Assembly (NCBI GenBank): GCA_964620675.1
Contig: CAZUJU010000009.1
Coordinates: 13,943 to 77,942, forward strand
Reading direction: 5' to 3'
Source of the DNA: an uncultured Thiotrichales bacterium
GTDB lineage: Bacteria > Pseudomonadota > Gammaproteobacteria > UWMA-0217
DNA length: 64,000 bases
The notes beneath the pieces were generated by a model. That model did no database searches, was not told where the DNA came from, and saw only the letters and a program-made list of their open reading frames with translations. A program made the translations under genes and the position numbers. Positions 58,113-64,000 of the stretch are shown one piece after another. The stretch's first letter is position 1. Every line of letters begins with the position of its first letter.

Positions 58113-60073
58113 TACTCGCGCCAACTCAGATGTTGACCCTTTGCGGTTTCTTCTTTCCACGCGATCAAGCCGTGGCGAAAGGCGTGACTTGCGCCTTGGT
58201 AGTAGGCGACATCGCGGCGTATCAGCGGATCCTCAAGATCAGCTGCCTGTTCGAGACTCCGCCCCAGCGCGTCGTCATGCCGGCGCAGGACTCCGCGGGG
58301 GCTCAGAATCGCGAGACGGTCGTCTTCGAACAGGCCGAGATGTTGATAATTACCAATCAGTGCCCGTCCGGCGCGGGCGTCATCGCGCAACACGTCGCGC
58401 CCGAAAAACGTCGAGCCGTAGTCGAAATTCAACAACCCAAGCAGGGTCGGCGCAAGATCGATCTGACTCGCGACTTGGTCGACTTCGCGTGGCTGTAACA
58501 GGGCCGGTGCGTGGATGAGCAGCGGAATGTGGTAGTTGGCAATTGGCAGGTCCTCCTTGCCCGCGCTGCCGGCGGTGTGATCGGCGACGATGACGAACAC
58601 GGTTTGCGCGAACCACGGCTTCTCGCGCGCAGCCGCGATGAACTGACCCAGCGCGAAGTCGGTGTATTTCACCGCGCCCTCGCGGCCGGTACCCGGGGGG
58701 ATATCGATACGCCCGGCGGGATAGGTGTAGGGGCGGTGGTTGGAGGTGGTCATCAACTGGAACAAAAAGGGTTTGCCGGCGGCGTGGTCGGTGTCGGCCG
58801 CGCGCAGGGCTTGCGCATAGAGATCTTCGTCGGCCATGCCCCAGGCGTTCTGAAATGTCATCTCGCTGGCGGCGACCCGACTCTGGTCGACGATGCGATA
58901 GCCGTTGCCGCTGAAGAACGCGTTCATATTGTCGAAATAGCCGCGGCCGCCGTAGAGAAACACGCTGTCGTAACCCTGCGCGTTGAACTGGCGCCCCAGG
59001 CTCGCGTGGCCGGATTCGCGTCCGATCCGTTTGACAATCGAGCGACCCGGGGTCGGCGGTATCGACAGCGTGATGGCCTCGAGTCCGCGATCGGTGCGGG
59101 TACCGGTGGCGTAGAAGTGGGTGAATAACACACTGTGCCGAGCCAGTTCATCGAGGTTTGGCGTCAAGCCCCGGGTGTCGCCGAAGCGACCGAGGAATTT
59201 CGCGCTCAGGCTCTCAATGGTGATCAGGACGACATTGAACCGCCGCGGCTTACCGACATTATTGACCTCACGCCGGATATCGAGCGGATCGTCGCTGCTA
59301 AAGCGCACGTTGGTCGCCCGTACCTCGTCCCGTAATAGATGCGCGACTTCCGCGTCGGGCAGGGTGGCATAAAATTGTTCGTAGTCGAGTTCGTTGTTGC
59401 GAAAGGCGGCAAAGAACTGAAACGGCCCGTTGCTCGCCAGTTCGCGCTGGTAGGCATTGCCGCCCAGACCGCGCGGCGCGTGCTGATCGATCACGAAATT
59501 GCTCAGAACGGCCGCGATCACGAGCGCCGTGAATGTCAACGCGGCGTGCTTGCCGCGCAACGGCGGTGCCGCCAGCGCGTACTGCACCGGTCGCCGTAAA
59601 GCCGCCCCCACGCCCAGCGCAACCACGGCGATCAATGCCAGCAATGGGTAAATCGGATACGACTCCAGCAGGTTGTCGACCACCTCCCGCGAGTAGACCA
59701 AGTAATCAACCGCGATGAAATTGAAGCGCACGCCGAATTCGTCCCAGAACAGCCATTCCGCTACCGCCGTGAATAGCATGATGAACACGCTGACGGTCAC
59801 CCCGAGGTGCAGCCCGCGCCGATGCCAGGTTTGGCGCCACACTCGGTGCGGACAAAGGAGTAGATACAGCGCGAGTGGTAGACTGGCATACAGCAGAAAA
59901 GCCAGATCGTAGATCAAGCCGACCCCGAATGCTCCGGGCAGGCGGGCGGACTGCATCGCGACCTCCGTCCAGTGCACGACCAGCAGCGCACCGCGCGTGA
60001 TGAAGAAGACCGCCAGCCACGCCAGCAGGATGATGGACAGGTAACGGAGTTGGGCGTATCGGAGCCAGGGCAT
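58112..60073 (-). CDS. LTA-synthase/sulfatase-family membrane enzyme (phosphoglycerol/phosphoethanolamine transferase-like); start at MPWLRYAQ
   Basis: Five N-terminal TM helices plus an alkaline-phosphatase-superfamily sulfatase domain (NVVLITIESLSAKFLGRFG, VIVADHTAG). Confidence 0.75.
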   Translation of the reverse strand: MPWLRYAQLRYLSIILLAWLAVFFITRGALLVVHWTEVAMQSARLPGAFGVGLIYDLAFLLYASLPLALYLLLCPHRVWRQTWHRRGLHLGVTVSVFIMLFTAVAEWLFWDEFGVRFNFIAVDYLVYSREVVDNLLESYPIYPLLALIAVVALGVGAALRRPVQYALAAPPLRGKHAALTFTALVIAAVLSNFVIDQHAPRGLGGNAYQRELASNGPFQFFAAFRNNELDYEQFYATLPDAEVAHLLRDEVRATNVRFSSDDPLDIRREVNNVGKPRRFNVVLITIESLSAKFLGRFGDTRGLTPNLDELARHSVLFTHFYATGTRTDRGLEAITLSIPPTPGRSIVKRIGRESGHASLGRQFNAQGYDSVFLYGGRGYFDNMNAFFSGNGYRIVDQSRVAASEMTFQNAWGMADEDLYAQALRAADTDHAAGKPFLFQLMTTSNHRPYTYPAGRIDIPPGTGREGAVKYTDFALGQFIAAAREKPWFAQTVFVIVADHTAGSAGKEDLPIANYHIPLLIHAPALLQPREVDQVASQIDLAPTLLGLLNFDYGSTFFGRDVLRDDARAGRALIGNYQHLGLFEDDRLAILSPRGVLRRHDDALGRSLEQAADLEDPLIRRDVAYYQGASHAFRHGLIAWKEETAKGQHLSWRE

Positions 60074-60179
60074 CGCGAGATCCTCGATTGAATGAGCTGC
60101 CGCAGTCTGGCGCGTGGCCCGTGAGCGGCGTGTCAACGCGATGTGAAGAAAACGTCAACGCGATCCAACAGGATTACCG

Positions 60180-60863
60180 ATGCGAATATTGGTCATCGAA
60201 GACAACCGCGACATCCTAGCGAATGTACTCGACTATCTGCAGCTCAAGGGCTACAGCGTCGATTGCGCCCAGGACGGCCTGAGCGGGCTGCATCTGGCAA
60301 CCACCGGCCATTACGATTTGCTGGTGCTCGATCTCATGCTGCCCGGCATCGACGGCATTCAGCTCTGCAAGCGCCTGCGTGAGGAGGGGCGTAACCCAGT
60401 GCCGATCATCATGCTCACGGCGCGCGATGCGCTCGATGATCGCCTTGAGGGCCTTGGCGCGGGTGCTGACGATTACTTGATCAAACCCTTCGCGCTCGCC
60501 GAACTGGTCGCGCGTATCGAAGCGGTGCTGCGGCGCAGTCAGGGCACGCGCGCACGGCAGCTCGAGGTCGCCGATCTCGTCTACGATCTCGACACCTTGC
60601 AGATCAGTCGCGCCGGTCAGGCGCTCAAGCTCAATCCACTCGGGATGAAACTGCTGGCCATCCTGATGCAGAAAAGTCCTGCGGTGGTCCGCCGCGAAGT
60701 CCTTGAGGAAGCGCTCTGGGGGGATGCCTGCCCCGATGGCGACAGCCTGCGCAGCCACATTCATCAACTGCGGCGGGTAATCGACAAACCGTTCTCGACC
60801 CCGTTGCTGCACACCCTGCACGGCGTTGGCTATCGCCTTTCGGAGCACGCCGATGGGGGCTAA
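60180..60863 (+). CDS. OmpR-family response regulator
   Basis: Receiver domain (DLLVLDLMLPGIDG) and a winged-helix DNA-binding domain. Confidence 0.9.
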   Translation: MRILVIEDNRDILANVLDYLQLKGYSVDCAQDGLSGLHLATTGHYDLLVLDLMLPGIDGIQLCKRLREEGRNPVPIIMLTARDALDDRLEGLGAGADDYLIKPFALAELVARIEAVLRRSQGTRARQLEVADLVYDLDTLQISRAGQALKLNPLGMKLLAILMQKSPAVVRREVLEEALWGDACPDGDSLRSHIHQLRRVIDKPFSTPLLHTLHGVGYRLSEHADGG

Positions 60864-62121
60864 GCAACCGTTCGAGTGGCGTATCGTCATCGCCTTCGTG
60901 CTGCTGACGGCGCTGGTCAGCGGCGTGTTTTCGCTCAGCATCGTCGCGGTGGTGCATTTTGTCGAAGAACACCTGGTCTCCGAAGAATTGCAGCGCGAGT
61001 TGAACTCGGTGCTACGCGAGGATATTCAATACGATCGACCGCCGCGGCTCGATTCGCGCACCCGGTTTTTCGCCACCGATCTGCCGCAGTACGCGGTGCC
61101 TGAACGATTCGCGCGCCTCGACGCCGGTTTTACCGAAATCGTCGATGAGAGTGGCGCGTATTACGCCTACACCCACCAAAGCAACGGGCACCGCTACCTG
61201 CTGGTGCGCGATCAGCACGAGTTCGAAGCGCGTGAACAGGCGCTGTTCAATGTGGTCCTGGCCGGCTTTCTACTGACGATCGCCGCCGCTTGGGGCCTTG
61301 GCCGCTTCACCGCGCGTGCGATCATGGCACCCGTCAGCCGACTCGCGCGCCAGGTGCGCGACCTCGACCCAACCCGACCCGCAGTGGCGGCGCTCGCGTC
61401 GGATTACCCGGCTGACGAAGTCGGCCAACTTGCCGCGGCCTTCGATGCCGCGTTGGGTCAGGTGAATCGCTTGCTCGAACGCGAACGCCTGTTCACCAGC
61501 GACGTCAGCCACGAATTGCGCACCCCGTTGATGATCGTGGCCAGCTCTTGCGAACTCCTGCGGGAGTCGTCCATGACCCCGCGTCAGAGCGAACAGCTTG
61601 AGCGGATCGAGCGCGCGAGTGAGGAAATGCGCGACTTGGTGCAAACCTTCCTCCAACTCGCGCGGGGTACGCCCAATGCGATGGTGTCCGACGCCGACAG
61701 AACCCTGTCCGAAGTTGCGGTGGAACAGGCGCAACGCTGGCGGTGGCTGTTTCAGGATAAGGGGCTTGAATTTCAATACGTCGAAGCGACACCGGATCAC
61801 GGCCACTACAATCCGACCCTGTTAGGCGCGGTCATGGCGAATCTGTTACGCAACGCCTTGCACTACACCGAACGGGGACATGTTCGCCTGATCGTCGAAT
61901 CCGGCGGTTTTCGGGTCGAAGACAGCGGCGTTGGCATCCCGGCTGCGGAACACGACGCGGTATTTCAAACCTTCCGGCGCGGCCAAAGCGCGCGCGGCGA
62001 GGGTCTCGGGCTTGGCTTATCGCTGGTCAAACGGATTTACGCGCGCCAAGGGTGGCGGATTTTCGTGCACGCAGGTGACGCCGCGGGGACCTGCTTTCGG
62101 GTATCGTTATCCGAGCACTGA
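60853..62121 (+). CDS. Sensor histidine kinase (two TM helices and a periplasmic loop); start at MGAKQPF
   Basis: H-box (SHELRTP) and HATPase N/G boxes (LRNALHYTE, GLGLGLSLV). Overlaps the response-regulator stop. Confidence 0.85.
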   Translation: MGAKQPFEWRIVIAFVLLTALVSGVFSLSIVAVVHFVEEHLVSEELQRELNSVLREDIQYDRPPRLDSRTRFFATDLPQYAVPERFARLDAGFTEIVDESGAYYAYTHQSNGHRYLLVRDQHEFEAREQALFNVVLAGFLLTIAAAWGLGRFTARAIMAPVSRLARQVRDLDPTRPAVAALASDYPADEVGQLAAAFDAALGQVNRLLERERLFTSDVSHELRTPLMIVASSCELLRESSMTPRQSEQLERIERASEEMRDLVQTFLQLARGTPNAMVSDADRTLSEVAVEQAQRWRWLFQDKGLEFQYVEATPDHGHYNPTLLGAVMANLLRNALHYTERGHVRLIVESGGFRVEDSGVGIPAAEHDAVFQTFRRGQSARGEGLGLGLSLVKRIYARQGWRIFVHAGDAAGTCFRVSLSEH

Positions 62122-62411
62122 ACCTCGCGGGCGTTGGAATTTTTCACATCTGTAGTTTTGCTTGAGCGCCCGGCCGTAGTACGACTTGCAGTCGCCGCGG
62201 CGGGCGAAGCTTCACGCGGCGCGATTCGATCGCGGTCGTGGCATAATTTCGGCGAACCGGCAGAGGTCACGCTCACACCGTAAGCGCTGCCGGACTTGCG
62301 GGCTCGTCGGTCGGTGTGAGAGGCCGGGAGTCGTTCACCCTTTGCTTGCAGGACCCACCCATTCCATCGACCACACCTGACCATGCCGAGCGCTTACGCC
62401 AGAATCCGTGA

Positions 62412-62903
<492 letters not shown>

Positions 62904-62993
62904 GCGTCGGACTCTTCATTCGCCACAGCGAATGAAGAGGGGCGGCAGACGAGCGCAACGCGGCGGCTCCATTCAACCCTACAGAGCCATAGC

Positions 62994-64000
62994 ATGATCG
63001 TGAAAAACAGCTGGATTCTCTTGGCCGCGTCCCTGGTGCTGGCCGGTTGCGGTGGCGAGCCGCAGACAAACGAGCCAACCAGTGGCGCCGCGCCAAACAT
63101 TGACGCCTCACAATCAAAGGCAACCGCGCGAGCCGAGCGAGTCTACGCTGAGGCGACCGTCGCGATGGAACTCAAACCGATCTCCCCTCATGTGTATTAC
63201 GTCATGGGCGCGCCGGGGGCCGCGACGGATAACCAGGGCTTTATTTCCAACGCCGGTGTCATTATCACCACCGATGGTGTGGTGTTGCTCGACGGCCTCG
63301 GCACTCCATCGCTTGCGGAGAAACTGCTTGGCCTGATCCGGAAGAAAACCGATCTGCCGATTCGCTACGTGATCGTCACCCATTACCACGCCGACCACAT
63401 CTACGGGTTACAGGTCTTTCAGGACGCCGGGGCAAAGATCATCGCGCCGCGCGGCGCCGATCTCTACCTCGCCGCCGCGAACGCCGAGACTCGCCTCGAC
63501 GAACGCCGCACCTCGCTGTTCCCGTGGGTGGATGAGCGCACGCGCCTCGTCGTGCCGGACGAATACATCGACGCCGAGCGCGAAATTGAACTTGGTGGGG
63601 TCAAGTTGCGCCTCGATTATCTCGGCGCCGCGCACTCGGACGGTGATTTGAGTCTGTACGTGCAGCCGGACAATGTGCTGTTCACCGGCGATCTGATCTT
63701 CGAGGGGCGGATTCCGTTTGTCGGCGACGCCGAAACCCGGCAATGGTTGGCGACCCTTGAGCGACTCGAACAAGCGCAACTGACAGCGCTTATTCCCGGT
63801 CATGGTCCCGCTGCGCGCGATCCGCAGGCCTCAGTGCGCACAACCCGGGAATATCTCGCCTACCTGCGTGAACAACTGGGTGTCGCAGTGGCCGATTTCA
63901 CGCCATTCGATGAGGCGTTCGCCGCGATCGACTGGTCGCGATTCGAAAAGCTGCCCGCGTACGAGCAGGCACATCGGACCAATGCCTACCAGGTCTATCT
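62994..64000 (+). CDS. MBL-fold metallo-hydrolase lipoprotein, 3' partial (runs off the window)
   Basis: Frame-3 ORF not in the supplied ORF track because it has no stop inside the window. Lipobox (LVLAGCGG) and the MBL HxHxDH motif (THYHADHIYG). Confidence 0.6.
   Translation, partial: MIVKNSWILLAASLVLAGCGGEPQTNEPTSGAAPNIDASQSKATARAERVYAEATVAMELKPISPHVYYVMGAPGAATDNQGFISNAGVIITTDGVVLLDGLGTPSLAEKLLGLIRKKTDLPIRYVIVTHYHADHIYGLQVFQDAGAKIIAPRGADLYLAAANAETRLDERRTSLFPWVDERTRLVVPDEYIDAEREIELGGVKLRLDYLGAAHSDGDLSLYVQPDNVLFTGDLIFEGRIPFVGDAETRQWLATLERLEQAQLTALIPGHGPAARDPQASVRTTREYLAYLREQLGVAVADFTPFDEAFAAIDWSRFEKLPAYEQAHRTNAYQVY

Overview
High-GC (about 65% by eye) gammaproteobacterial chromosomal window. 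The first 34 kb or so is conserved housekeeping synteny: dapE-dapD-dapC, glnD-map, and nadB divergent from rpoE(algU)-rseA/mucA-rseB/mucB-rseC/mucC-mucD, followed by lepA-lepB-rnc-era-recO-pdxJ-acpS-cysM and rlmD, then yciI/yciO, trpS and scpAB. From about 34.8 kb the content becomes accessory. There is an operon-like trio of an unknown cytosolic protein, a NavAb-type voltage-gated sodium channel and a ceramidase-family membrane protein; a class-II glutamine amidotransferase with a cysteine desulfurase; an NYN/LOTUS protein beside hypotheticals; and a Tat-exported intradiol-dioxygenase-like protein. The main hunt result is an incomplete injectisome-type type III secretion (T3SS) cluster at 42.7-52.5 kb. 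The minus-strand operon appears to be STAS anti-sigma antagonist, SctX-like, SctY-like, SctV, SctN, SctO. The plus-strand operon starts with an SctC secretin gene truncated to its N-terminal 223 aa, then SctD and small SctE/F/G/H/I-position proteins. No sctJ, K, L, Q, R, S, T, U, P or W, no translocators and no secretin pore domain are present in the window. The cluster is bounded on the plus-strand side by an error-prone polymerase dnaE2 that lacks imuA/imuB. That dnaE2 carries an in-frame 174-bp palindromic MITE-like insertion and has a 40-bp perfect hairpin/operator immediately upstream. Next to it lie a RES-Xre toxin-antitoxin pair, a PAP2 phosphatase with an LtaS/sulfatase-family enzyme, an OmpR-type two-component system, tadA and a partial MBL-fold lipoprotein. 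A structured repeat of about 135 nt occurs twice (1045-1178 and 29218-29356), both times between convergent gene ends. All functional calls come from reading the translated ORFs and remembered family signatures; no database searches were run.
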